The translations under genes were made by a program, and so were the position numbers. Shown here piece after piece: positions 43,524-52,501 of a stretch of 64,000 bases of DNA. The notes under the pieces are model-generated. The model ran no database searches and was not told the origin of the DNA. It saw nothing but the letters and a program-made list of their open reading frames with translations. This DNA comes from Candidatus Micrarchaeota archaeon (GTDB lineage Archaea; Micrarchaeota; Micrarchaeia; Micrarchaeales; Micrarchaeaceae), in the NCBI GenBank assembly GCA_964433165.1, contig CAYSQH010000001.1, positions 5,823 through 69,822 of the forward strand, written 5' to 3'. Numbering within the stretch: position 1 is the stretch's first letter; the number at the start of each line of letters is the position of its first letter.

Positions 43524-44267
43524 ATGGCATCTAGCTTAAACAAGCCAAAGCTCATAGTCGATGGAAAAAGGATAGACGGAAGGGACTTCAACGAAATGAG
43601 GAAGGTGAAGATCGTTGCGTCGCCGCTGAAGAATGCGGACGGATCCGCATACATAGAATGGGGCAACAACAAGATACTCGCCGCAGTCTACGGGCCGAGG
43701 GAGACCAACCCTAGGCACTTCGCGGACCCAACAAAGGCTATTATAAAGTGCAGGTACCAGATGGCGCCGTTTTCGAGCCTTTCGGATCACGGAAGGACCG
43801 GACCGAACAGGAGGGCCACAGAGATATCCAAGGTGATAAAGGAGGTATTCGAGAATGTAGTTGTGCTCAGCGACTTCCCGGGAAGCCAGATAGACATATA
43901 CATGGAGATACTCCAAGGGGACGGGGGAACAAGGGCCGCGGCGCTGACCGCCGCCTCCGTTGCGCTCGCCGCGGCAGGGATACACATGAGGGACCTGGTC
44001 TATGCAGTCTCCGTAGGCAGGATAGATGACAAGATGGCAATAGACTTCAACATGATAGAAGACAACTACTCGGACAGCGACATGCCCCTCGCGATATCCC
44101 CACGCAGCAACGAGATACTGCTGCTACAGATGGACGGAGGGCTCACAAAGGAGCAGCTCTCGGAAGGCATAAAAATGGCCATCGATGCGGGCAAGACAAT
44201 AAGCAAGCTGCAGAAGGATGCGCTGATGGAGGTGTACGGCCAGGCGCAACAGCAAGGAGGTAATTGA
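43524..44267 (+). CDS. rrp41: exosome subunit Rrp41 (RNase PH domain)
   Basis: DGRDFNEMRKV, ADGSAYIEWGNNKILAAVYGPRE and LQGDGGTRAAALTAASVALAAAG. Confidence 0.93.
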   Translation: MASSLNKPKLIVDGKRIDGRDFNEMRKVKIVASPLKNADGSAYIEWGNNKILAAVYGPRETNPRHFADPTKAIIKCRYQMAPFSSLSDHGRTGPNRRATEISKVIKEVFENVVVLSDFPGSQIDIYMEILQGDGGTRAAALTAASVALAAAGIHMRDLVYAVSVGRIDDKMAIDFNMIEDNYSDSDMPLAISPRSNEILLLQMDGGLTKEQLSEGIKMAIDAGKTISKLQKDALMEVYGQAQQQGGN

Positions 44268-45056
44268 ATGAACGCGATTGAAACAGTAAGATCAGAGTAC
44301 ATAAGGGAGCTGCTCAGCAAGGGCATTAGGGAGGACAAGAGAGGCCCCAACGACTACAGGGAGATGAGCGTTTCCACTGGAGTGATGGGCAATGCGGAGG
44401 GATCCGCGCAGGTTGACCTCGGCTCCACAAGGGTCCTTGCAGGTGTCAAGCTGGTGCTTGGCGACCCCATGGAGGATACCCCGAATCAGGGCAACCTGGT
44501 GGTATCGGCGGAGCTGCTTCCGCTCGCTAACCCTGAATACGAGACGGGCCCGCCAAGCCCGGATGCAATAGAGCTTGCGAGAGTTACCGACAGGGGGATA
44601 AGGGCAGGCAACTGCGTAAACCTTGAGAGCCTCTTCGTGGAAGAAGGCAAGGTGTGGTCCGTTTACGTGGACGTATACGTCCTGAACTACGACGGAAACC
44701 TGTTCGACGCGTGCGAGATTGCGGCGATGGCCGCGCTCAGGAGCACCACGGTGCCCAAGTACGAGGATGGCAACATCGACAGGGATGACAGAAACACAAG
44801 GCTGAAGGTAGACAATACAGTCACGTCATGCACCTTCGCGAAGATAGGCAAGAACATAATCCTGGACCCAAACGGCAGCGAATCCAGCGCAGCGGATGCG
44901 AGGATAAGCATAGCGGTCGACAAGGACAGCATAAGAGCCATGCAGAAGGGCGGCAGCGGAGGATTCACCGCAAATGATGTGGAAAGCCTTGTTGCCGTAG
45001 CATTTAATAAACACAAGGAACTAAAGGATATGATAGAGAAGGATAGCGGCAAGTGA
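44268..45056 (+). CDS. rrp42: exosome subunit Rrp42 (RNase PH domain)
   Basis: REDKRGPNDYREMSV, AEGSAQVDLGSTRVLAGVK and NYDGNLFDACEIAAMAAL. Confidence 0.92.
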   Translation: MNAIETVRSEYIRELLSKGIREDKRGPNDYREMSVSTGVMGNAEGSAQVDLGSTRVLAGVKLVLGDPMEDTPNQGNLVVSAELLPLANPEYETGPPSPDAIELARVTDRGIRAGNCVNLESLFVEEGKVWSVYVDVYVLNYDGNLFDACEIAAMAALRSTTVPKYEDGNIDRDDRNTRLKVDNTVTSCTFAKIGKNIILDPNGSESSAADARISIAVDKDSIRAMQKGGSGGFTANDVESLVAVAFNKHKELKDMIEKDSGK

Positions 45057-45066
45057 GGTAGGTCCC

Positions 45067-45303
45067 ATGGCAAATTTCAGCATAAGATACGGAGCGAGCA
45101 TAAGGAAGCGCTACAACAAGATAAGGGCGGAGAAGAGCGCCAGATATGAATGCGAGATGTGCGGCAAGCAGGCCGTAAAGAGGGTAGGGACAGGCATATG
45201 GAGGTGCAGGCACTGCGGAACCACTTTCGCAGGCGGTGCCTATTCGCTTACCACGCCGGCAGGCCTTGCTGCAAGAAGGATGATACAAGGCATCGGCAGG
45301 TGA
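45067..45303 (+). CDS. rpl37ae: 50S ribosomal protein L37ae
   Basis: RYGASIRKRYNKI and the zinc ribbon CEMCG...CRHCG. Confidence 0.93.
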   Translation: MANFSIRYGASIRKRYNKIRAEKSARYECEMCGKQAVKRVGTGIWRCRHCGTTFAGGAYSLTTPAGLAARRMIQGIGR

Positions 45304-45340
45304 TGTTACGAAGATAACATATTCCCCGATAAAGGAGCTT

Positions 45341-45655
45341 GTGGTGCACGAGGTAGTCAATGTCGCATACGAGGACCTCTTCAGGGGGAGGATCACCCCG
45401 GCGGGCAACATGCCGCTATACTGGTGTGACGGGATACTTTTCAGCTTCAGCTCGACCAAGGACCTTGTCAAGGATTATCTTCAAGGGACCATACACTGGA
45501 TGGAAGTGCACTACTGCAAGATGGACAACTATTCGGAGGTATTGGAGCTCAACGACGACCAGTACAAAGCAACGATGAAGCTGAGGGTGCTTGACACGAG
45601 CAAGTCATCGCTGCATTCTGATTTCGTCAAGTGGCTCAAGACCACAAACAAGTGA
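45341..45655 (+). CDS. hypothetical protein inserted between L37ae and RpoP
   Basis: 104-aa ORF with a GTG start, preceded by AGGAG. No recognisable family. Confidence 0.5.
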   Translation: MVHEVVNVAYEDLFRGRITPAGNMPLYWCDGILFSFSSTKDLVKDYLQGTIHWMEVHYCKMDNYSEVLELNDDQYKATMKLRVLDTSKSSLHSDFVKWLKTTNK

Positions 45656-45659
45656 TACT

Positions 45660-45791
45660 ATGGCATACGTTTGCATAAAATGCGGGAAGAAGATAAAGCA
45701 GCTGGAGCGCAACGTAAGGTGCAGCTACTGCGGCTCAAGGATACTCCTGAAGAGCAGGCCGAACCTGTCCAATGAGGTCTCAACGGACTGA
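45660..45791 (+). CDS. rpoP: RNA polymerase subunit Rpo12 (RpoP)
   Basis: MAYVCIKCGKKIKQLERNVRCSYCGSRILLKSRP is a C4 zinc ribbon of 43 aa. The start is the internal ATG of the listed ORF. Confidence 0.88.
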   Translation: MAYVCIKCGKKIKQLERNVRCSYCGSRILLKSRPNLSNEVSTD

Positions 45792-45843
45792 TCCGGTTTC
45801 TTTTTCTTTCTTCCTTTTTCTTAAGGCGGACTTTACGCATTCC

Positions 45844-46104
45844 CTACTTCTGGGGCTGGCCAGGGTCGTTGGCGACTATTATTGTCTGGTCGACGTTCCT
45901 TACCCTGTCATAACGGATGCTGTTCTTCGCGAACTCCCTAGATGTCCTGTCGCTCCTTATCAGTTCCTCTGACCTGACGAGCAGCATGCTTGCTATCCTG
46001 CCCTCCTCGAAATCCACCACAATGTCAGCAACCGAGCCTATCTTCCTCCCGGTGTTGCTTATAATCTCCTTGCCATAAAGCTCTGAAAGAAGCATGTTGT
46101 CCAT
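45844..46104 (-). CDS. PRC-barrel domain protein
   Basis: LSELYGKEIISNTGRKIGSVADIVVDFEEGRIASMLL is a typical PRC barrel. Confidence 0.75.
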   Translation of the reverse strand: MDNMLLSELYGKEIISNTGRKIGSVADIVVDFEEGRIASMLLVRSEELIRSDRTSREFAKNSIRYDRVRNVDQTIIVANDPGQPQK

Positions 46105-46117
46105 CCGATCATCCGCG

Positions 46118-46660
46118 CTATATTATGCACACCAACTTTTTGGATGCAAAGATTCTTATTATGTTCTCCCTCAATTCCGACATGAATGCCCTCCTGTTGC
46201 CACCCATCGATGCGGATTCCTGCGCATTGAACAATTGCCGGTTGCGCTCGACCAGATTCTCCAGGTATTTCTCCGTGAGCATGTAGCACCGCGAGCCGCA
46301 TGCGCTGCAGTAATGCAATGGTATTATCGGCACGTTTCCAGATGCGCGGCCGTCCAGGCACCTGCGCAGTGGATACCTGCCGCAGTTGGGACATCCCCTC
46401 TTCAGCACTATCTCGCTGAATCCGCGACCTTCAACCGGCAAGGTGCCCGATGAGGAAAGTATTCCGGCGATGCGGTCTTCGATAGGTGAGTCCACGCGAA
46501 GCTGGTCCATTACGGCTCCGTCCAGATCGAAAGAGGTCTCTAGGAAACTGTCGAGGACAGGCTCCCAGAGAAATACGGTGCCGTCCTGCATCTCTAGCTT
46601 CGCGCATCCCCCGGCATCGTCCTTGAATAAGCGTGCACGAGACGCCTGCACTTCAATCAC
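46118..46660 (-). CDS. hypothetical protein with a CxxC...CxxC zinc-ribbon-like element
   Basis: 180 aa with GCPNCG and YCSACGS. It overlaps the upstream histone-fold gene by 8 nt. Confidence 0.5.
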   Translation of the reverse strand: MIEVQASRARLFKDDAGGCAKLEMQDGTVFLWEPVLDSFLETSFDLDGAVMDQLRVDSPIEDRIAGILSSSGTLPVEGRGFSEIVLKRGCPNCGRYPLRRCLDGRASGNVPIIPLHYCSACGSRCYMLTEKYLENLVERNRQLFNAQESASMGGNRRAFMSELRENIIRIFASKKLVCII

Positions 46661-46895
46661 CGAATTTAAGCCTGTAGGTGTCTATGTCCTCCTCCGTTAT
46701 GGTGCCCCTATTCCTGCTCTTTGCCCTCTTTACCGCATACTCCGCTATAAGCTTCGCCTTGCGCTCTAGCATCGCCGCTATCGCGCCGGCGGCCTTGTCG
46801 CTCACGATCACGTCGCGCCTGGAGCCATTCTTCACCATTTTCTTTATCGAAGACTTGGAAATCCTGTACATCTCAGCACTCAAGATCCTCCTCAT
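46653..46895 (-). CDS. archaeal histone-fold protein
   Basis: ISKSSIKKMVKNGS...VSDKAAGAIAAMLERKAKLIAEYAVKRAKSRNRGTITEEDID is collinear with HMfB (IAPIGRIIKDAGAERVSDDA...ARHAGRKTIKAEDIE). Confidence 0.7.
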   Translation of the reverse strand: MRRILSAEMYRISKSSIKKMVKNGSRRDVIVSDKAAGAIAAMLERKAKLIAEYAVKRAKSRNRGTITEEDIDTYRLKFGD

Positions 46896-47043
46896 AGCAC
46901 ATAGGCTCGGTCTTCAGGATCATCACATGCCTCATTCTCTTTTAATCAATAAATAACCATACCATGGGCGCCGCCCTGCGGGATTCACGATGCCCACTGT
47001 TGAATTTATAGTTATTTCCAACCAGAATTATACTGGTGTGAAA

Positions 47044-47364
47044 ATGGCAGTCGAAGACGTGAGTGATGCTGATTTCGAGGATAAGGTAATAAAATCAAAA
47101 GAGCCTGTCGTCGTCGACCTGTGGGCGGCCTGGTGTGGACCGTGCAGGCTGTACGGGCCCGTGGTCGAGGAGGTCTCAAAGGAATATGAGGGGAGGGTGA
47201 AGTTCGTCAAGCTGAACGTTGACGAGAACGAGAAGACCGCGATGCGCTTCAACGTCAGCAGCATACCCACTACCCTACTCATAAAGGGGGGCCAGCTCAA
47301 GGCGATGAACATAGGTGCGATACCGAAGGAGTCTCTGAAGAAGTGGATATCAGGGAACATGTGA
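47044..47364 (+). CDS. trxA: thioredoxin
   Basis: VVVDLWAAWCGPCR contains the active site. Length is 106 aa from the internal ATG at 47044. Confidence 0.9.
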   Translation: MAVEDVSDADFEDKVIKSKEPVVVDLWAAWCGPCRLYGPVVEEVSKEYEGRVKFVKLNVDENEKTAMRFNVSSIPTTLLIKGGQLKAMNIGAIPKESLKKWISGNM

Positions 47365-47379
47365 ACATGGTAATGCAAG

Positions 47380-48660
47380 ATGTCTGATATACCGTTTCCA
47401 AGGGGCGCCAGGGACCTCCTACCTAACGAGGCGCTTTTCAGGAACGAGCTCCTGGAAAGGATGGAAGATGTTTTCAGGCTTTTCGGATTCCTTTCTATCG
47501 ACACTCCGTCATTCGAGCACATAGACGTGCTCAAGGCGAAGAACGCCATAGGGGCGGAGAACAAGCTGATATACGAGATGAAGGACGAGAGGCTGGGGCT
47601 GAGATACGACAATACGGTCTCGCTCGCAAGGTACATGGCGATGCACCAGGGGCTCCCGCTGCCGTTCAAGAGGTACTACGTAGGTAAGGTATGGCGCAGG
47701 GACGAGCCGCAGAGGCTAAGGTACAGGGAATTGCTTCAAGCGGATGCGGACATAGTGGGCAGCAAGAGCCCTGCGGCGGATGCGGAGGTTATGGCCGCCG
47801 CAGCGACGATACTTGACGGCATAGGGGTCGAATACTCCATACGCATAAACGACAGGAGGATAATGGATGCTGTCCTCTCGAAGATCGGCATACAAGAGGA
47901 CCTGCTCCCGAATGCGATGAGGGCCATAGACAAGCTTGACAAGATAGGCGAGACGGAGGTAGCCTCGATGCTTAGGGCCCTAGGGGTCGAGAGCGGCACC
48001 GCGGACCAGGCGATGGTATTCATCATGCTCGACGGGGCGAACGATGCGAAGCTCGATTACGTGGACAAGATAGCCGGGGAGGGAACCTCGAAGGATCTGC
48101 GAGCCACGCTGAAGCTGCTCGGCGCATACAACATAAGGGGCGAGCCGACCATAGACTTCTCCGTGGTCAGGGGACTTGATTACTACACGGGGATAGTGTT
48201 CGAGTACAAGCTCTCGGACGAGAAGCTGTCCGTTGCAGGAGGCGGAAGATACGACAACCTCATAGGCGTTTACGGAAACAAGGGAATGCCGGCTGTCGGC
48301 GTATCCCTAGGGGTCGACAGGCTCCTGGAGGCGCTTGATTTCTCCTCGTCCACGGAATACACGTACGCGAATGCGTTCGTGGCGACAGTCAACGACAACA
48401 ATTACTGGTATGCGCTCCACGTCGCCGGGAACCTTAGGGCCAACGGCATACCGACGGAGATAAACCTGGCGCAAAGGAACCTGACTAACCAGTTCTCCTA
48501 CGCCAGCGCGATAAAAACCAAGTATGTCATAATAATAGGAGACGCGGAGGAGAAGGCCGGAAAGGTTAAGATAAGGAACCTCATCAGCGGGGATGAAAGC
48601 ACCGTATCGATGGACGAGGCCATAAGCATAATAAAGGGTAACGTGAATGCCAAAATCTGA
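47380..48660 (+). CDS. hisS: histidyl-tRNA synthetase
   Basis: Class II motifs: RGARDLLP, YYVGKVWRRDEPQRLRYRELLQADADIVG and GGGRYDNL, plus an anticodon-binding C-terminal domain. Confidence 0.93.
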   Translation: MSDIPFPRGARDLLPNEALFRNELLERMEDVFRLFGFLSIDTPSFEHIDVLKAKNAIGAENKLIYEMKDERLGLRYDNTVSLARYMAMHQGLPLPFKRYYVGKVWRRDEPQRLRYRELLQADADIVGSKSPAADAEVMAAAATILDGIGVEYSIRINDRRIMDAVLSKIGIQEDLLPNAMRAIDKLDKIGETEVASMLRALGVESGTADQAMVFIMLDGANDAKLDYVDKIAGEGTSKDLRATLKLLGAYNIRGEPTIDFSVVRGLDYYTGIVFEYKLSDEKLSVAGGGRYDNLIGVYGNKGMPAVGVSLGVDRLLEALDFSSSTEYTYANAFVATVNDNNYWYALHVAGNLRANGIPTEINLAQRNLTNQFSYASAIKTKYVIIIGDAEEKAGKVKIRNLISGDESTVSMDEAISIIKGNVNAKI

Positions 48661-49165
48661 TGTAGACAGGGTAACTGAGGAGAAACTAGCAAAGGGAGGG
48701 GTTCTGGTCAAGCTGTACTTTGACATGCAAAACAGCGAGAAGGACAAGCTGCAACCGCTGCTTGTCGACTTGGTCAACGAGCGCCTCCTGAAGGAGAAGG
48801 GAGTCGTGTACTGCTTCGGCTCGGTGGAGGAGCCGCTTGAGAAGGATGGAATCTACATAACCAGCGCGATAGTGACGGCGCTGTTCGACAGCTTCATACC
48901 GCTAATAGGCGTCGCGTTCAGATATTCCCCAGCTGGAATAGAGATTCTCAAGCCAACGGGCAGCATGACATTCAAGACATTCGAGCTGCAGTCGATCCTC
49001 ATGGACCTGTCCCAGATCTCCATGGATTATTCGAAGTACATACTCGAGAAGGTGCTTAAGCCTGAGGACGTCGAGAAGATAAAGGGGCAGATAGAGAACA
49101 GAATTGAGATAGGCAAGAAGATGATGGACAGCGGAGAAAAGGACACAGGAGATAACGACAAGTAA
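48647..49165 (+). CDS. hypothetical protein
   Basis: 172-aa ORF overlapping the hisS end by 14 nt. No recognisable motif. Confidence 0.5.
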   Translation: MPKSDVDRVTEEKLAKGGVLVKLYFDMQNSEKDKLQPLLVDLVNERLLKEKGVVYCFGSVEEPLEKDGIYITSAIVTALFDSFIPLIGVAFRYSPAGIEILKPTGSMTFKTFELQSILMDLSQISMDYSKYILEKVLKPEDVEKIKGQIENRIEIGKKMMDSGEKDTGDNDK

Positions 49166-49177
49166 GCCCGCGCCGCC

Positions 49178-50617
49178 TTACGCATGCCATACGGGGCCGG
49201 AAGGCGTGTCCTCTATATCTATCCCGTAATCTTCCTTGAGCCTTTTCCTGACCGAGTCCGCCTCCTTGAATTTCCTTCCCTTCCTGAGGCGCTCCCTTTC
49301 CTCTACAAGCCGCATCGCTTCCTTTGGTATAGATGCGCCCCCTGAATGCGACAATATCCCAAGGCCCAGGGTGCCGTCGATACCAGAAAGCACAGATATC
49401 AGCTCTGACGAATCGTGCTTTGATATTCCTCCCTCCAGCGCCTTGTTGGCCTCTCCTATTATCATGTGCAGCGCCGAGAGCGCCATAGGGGTATTCAAGT
49501 CCTTCTCAAGGTCCGAAAAGAACTTGCCCTCCAGTTCCTTTACCCGTTTCGTGAGCGCGGTGTCATCTTTGCCTCCTGCCCCTACTGCATGGAGCCGCCC
49601 CATGCACGAGTATATCGCCCTGAGCGTGTTCCTGGCGTTGTCCAGCGCCTCAAAGGTGAAGTTCAGCTGGCTCCTATAGTATCCAGAGAGTATGAAGTAC
49701 CTGAAATCCATCGGAGAGTATCCCTTGCCTATGAGGTCCTGCAGCGTGTATACGTTGTTTAGCGACTTCGACATCTTCCTGCCGTCCACTTGGAGGAATT
49801 CCACATGGAGCCAGTAGTCCACGAACCTCTTCCCTGTCGCTGCCTCGCTCTGCGCTATCTCATTCGTATGGTGTATCGGCAAATGGTCTATTCCGCCAGT
49901 ATGTATGTCGAAATGCTCTCCCAGGTACCTCATGCTCATCGCGCTGCACTCTATGTGCCATCCGGGGAATCCCCTGCCGTACTCGGAGTCCCATATCATC
50001 TCCTTCTCTTCGTCCGGTGCAAACCTCCAGACGGCAAAGTCCGTAGTGTTCCTTATTCCGGCGGCGCGCTCCACCCTTGCGCCAGCTATAAGGTAATCAT
50101 TCAGATGCTTGAATGTCATACCCATCAGCTGCCCGTAGTCCTTGAACTTGGATGTGTCGTAGTACATCCCGGTCCTGACTCTGTATATGTACCCCTTTTT
50201 ATCCAGGGCATCTACAAGGGAGAGCATATCCTTCACGTGGTCCGTGGCCTTTGGCATAACGTCAGGCATCAGTATGTTCAGGAGCCCAAGGTCCTTGACG
50301 AACTCCTTCGCATAGAACTCCGCGACCTCGTGCGTGCTCCTGTGCTCCTGCTTGGCCTTGAGCCTTATCTTGTCCTCCCCAAGGTTGGCATCGCTTACAA
50401 GATGCCCCACGTCCGTTATGTTCATCACGTGCATTACAGAGTACCCGTTCCTGGAGAGCAGCCTCTTGAGCAGGTCCGTGATTATGTATGGTCTCATGTT
50501 CCCTATGTGGGCGTAGTTGTAGACCGTGGGCCCGCAGCTGTAAATCCCTACATGGCCTTTCCTGAGGCTCCTGAATTCCTGCCTTTTGTGCGCGAGCGTG
50601 TTGTATATCTGCAACAT
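49178..50617 (-). CDS. cysS: cysteinyl-tRNA synthetase
   Basis: YSCGPTVYNYAHIGN (HIGH-type motif), GWHIEC and KMSKSLNN. Confidence 0.93.
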   Translation of the reverse strand: MLQIYNTLAHKRQEFRSLRKGHVGIYSCGPTVYNYAHIGNMRPYIITDLLKRLLSRNGYSVMHVMNITDVGHLVSDANLGEDKIRLKAKQEHRSTHEVAEFYAKEFVKDLGLLNILMPDVMPKATDHVKDMLSLVDALDKKGYIYRVRTGMYYDTSKFKDYGQLMGMTFKHLNDYLIAGARVERAAGIRNTTDFAVWRFAPDEEKEMIWDSEYGRGFPGWHIECSAMSMRYLGEHFDIHTGGIDHLPIHHTNEIAQSEAATGKRFVDYWLHVEFLQVDGRKMSKSLNNVYTLQDLIGKGYSPMDFRYFILSGYYRSQLNFTFEALDNARNTLRAIYSCMGRLHAVGAGGKDDTALTKRVKELEGKFFSDLEKDLNTPMALSALHMIIGEANKALEGGISKHDSSELISVLSGIDGTLGLGILSHSGGASIPKEAMRLVEERERLRKGRKFKEADSVRKRLKEDYGIDIEDTPSGPVWHA

Positions 50618-50618
50618 A

Positions 50619-51698
50619 TCAGCCGACGGAGGTTATATTCGATATCACGCCGCGGGCCTGGTTCGGTCTATCGGACAGCACGAAGTCCCCTGCAGCCATG
50701 TAGTTGCTGCTGCCCGTGGAGGTCAGATTGGAAACCAGCCTTATCTGCAGCGCCTGGTTCACGTACTGCGTGAGCGTTACGGTCACGTTTTGGAAGTTGG
50801 ATGTGGAGTTTGGATTCGTTGTGAGGTTGTATGTGTTGAAATATGCTATCTCCACCGGGGTGCTGCTCACGTAGGAGTCCGAGCCGTTCAATATCCTGTA
50901 GTTCGCCCTCAGCAGCTCAATGTAGAGGTTGTTGTTCTGCGGACTTATGAGCCTGAAGTTCAGGAATGGCTCCTTAGGGCTCACCAGGAATGGCGATGAC
51001 GTCAGGTTGCCCGGCGCCACGGCGGTGCCGCAGTTGTATGTGGTAGCGAAGTACGTGCCGTTGTAGTTCGACCATCTGTTCCCTGAGTAGCACAGCTTGG
51101 AGTTGGCGTATGTTATGTTGAGGGGCGCCTTGCCGAACCCGGGCCCGAAGGCGGTCCATCCGGTGTACTCCCCGTTGCTGAACCTGCTGTTGTACACGTA
51201 GTCGTACACCTCCAGCGGAGGGGAGGTTGTGGTGTTCAGTTTCATGAGAGGGGTTCCGCATGTGCCACCCCCGGTACCGGTGATGAATGTTATAGTGTAT
51301 ACTTGGCTTGGGCCGGTAAAGTTCTGGAAGAATGTGGTGCAGTTGTAGCTGGAGGTCTGATTCACGTATGTCCTTCCGTTCGCGCCGGCTATCATTACCC
51401 GCTCGGTCTTTGACATTCCTGCGGCGACCCAGAGCCCCAAGGTGCCTCCGGTCCAGTCGCACCTCGCGGTAAAGGTGTCGTTAATCAAGGGGCCGGATAG
51501 GCTGAATCCGTTGCACGGGACTATTGGAGTCGTATAATTAGCAGTGGTGGGCTCTACCGTCGTTGTTATGGATGTTGTCGGGATTACCGTCGTGGTCGTG
51601 GTGTGCATGCCAAGGAACCTGAAGCCAGTAAACCCGTATACCGCGAGTATCATCACTATGAGCGCAATTATGTAAACGACCACTATTTTTCCCGCCAT
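50619..51698 (-). CDS. N-terminally anchored extracellular glycoprotein candidate
   Basis: Signal anchor IVVVYIIALIVMILAVYGF, a Thr-rich linker, more than 15 N-x-S/T sequons and several Cys. Its stop abuts the cysS start with a 1-nt gap. Confidence 0.6.
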   Translation of the reverse strand: MAGKIVVVYIIALIVMILAVYGFTGFRFLGMHTTTTTVIPTTSITTTVEPTTANYTTPIVPCNGFSLSGPLINDTFTARCDWTGGTLGLWVAAGMSKTERVMIAGANGRTYVNQTSSYNCTTFFQNFTGPSQVYTITFITGTGGGTCGTPLMKLNTTTSPPLEVYDYVYNSRFSNGEYTGWTAFGPGFGKAPLNITYANSKLCYSGNRWSNYNGTYFATTYNCGTAVAPGNLTSSPFLVSPKEPFLNFRLISPQNNNLYIELLRANYRILNGSDSYVSSTPVEIAYFNTYNLTTNPNSTSNFQNVTVTLTQYVNQALQIRLVSNLTSTGSSNYMAAGDFVLSDRPNQARGVISNITSVG

Positions 51699-51834
51699 TT
51701 TTACAGCACCACTATCTATTTATTCATAGAGGTTAAATAATTAACTACTATTCTGAGTCAGCTGTTATTCTGAATCAGTAACATATGGTGCTACTCTGGG
51801 AAGCATACCTAGGAAATGGAAGAAGAAGGGCAGA

Positions 51835-51909
51835 ATGCGCTGGAAATGGCTTAAGAAGCGCAGAAAGCGCCTTAGGAGATCGCAGAAGCATAGGGTAGGT
51901 AAGCTATAG
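51835..51909 (+). CDS. rpl41e: ribosomal protein L41e-like (start uncertain, may extend upstream to about 51796-51805)
   Basis: From the ATG at 51835 it reads [24 protein letters not shown]. In frame upstream it reads [12 protein letters not shown], so the whole segment is [24 protein letters not shown], matching the remembered archaeal L41e pattern. Confidence 0.65.
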   Translation: MRWKWLKKRRKRLRRSQKHRVGKL

Positions 51910-51925
51910 TTTAGCCCCTGCCCGG

Positions 51926-52492
51926 CTACTTGAATCTTAATATTGCTATATCGCCAAGCAGAGGGTAGTGCTTTTTTGCGGCGACCTCCGCATGAAGACG
52001 TTTCACATCGTTCTCATAGTGGTTCCAGTAGCTCTCGGACATCAGGACATCATGATCCTTGGCCACATACTTCTTATACGAACCAAGGAAACGGTCTATC
52101 AGCTCCCTTCCGCCTATGCCGCCATCCGTATTCGGCTCCGTCGTTCCCGAATCTATTGAATCGGAGGCAAGGTATGGTATGTTGAACGTTATGAGATTGT
52201 ATTTCCCCCTTATCTTTGAGAATATGTCCGATACGACGAACCTGCCATCCAATCCTAGGGCATTAGCATTAGCGCGTGCGCACTCCACGGCCTCAGGCTT
52301 TATATCAGAGAAGGTCACATCGCAGCCCTTCATTGCTGCTATTATCCCCTGGATTCCCGTTCCGGTGCCGAGATCCAGCACCCTCCCGCGGGCATACCTC
52401 TCGACGAGCCCGGACATCATCTTTGCCTCCAGTAATGGCTTGTAGACCCCCTTGTGCACCTTAAGCTTGGGCCTGATCTCGTCGAAAAGCAT
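51926..52492 (-). CDS. HemK/PrmC-related (Mtq2-like) SAM-dependent methyltransferase
   Basis: VLDLGTGTGIQGI is the SAM motif I. ITFNIPYL is a variant of the NPPY motif. Confidence 0.65.
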   Translation of the reverse strand: MLFDEIRPKLKVHKGVYKPLLEAKMMSGLVERYARGRVLDLGTGTGIQGIIAAMKGCDVTFSDIKPEAVECARANANALGLDGRFVVSDIFSKIRGKYNLITFNIPYLASDSIDSGTTEPNTDGGIGGRELIDRFLGSYKKYVAKDHDVLMSESYWNHYENDVKRLHAEVAAKKHYPLLGDIAILRFK

Positions 52493-52501
52493 CTCGTATC
52501 C

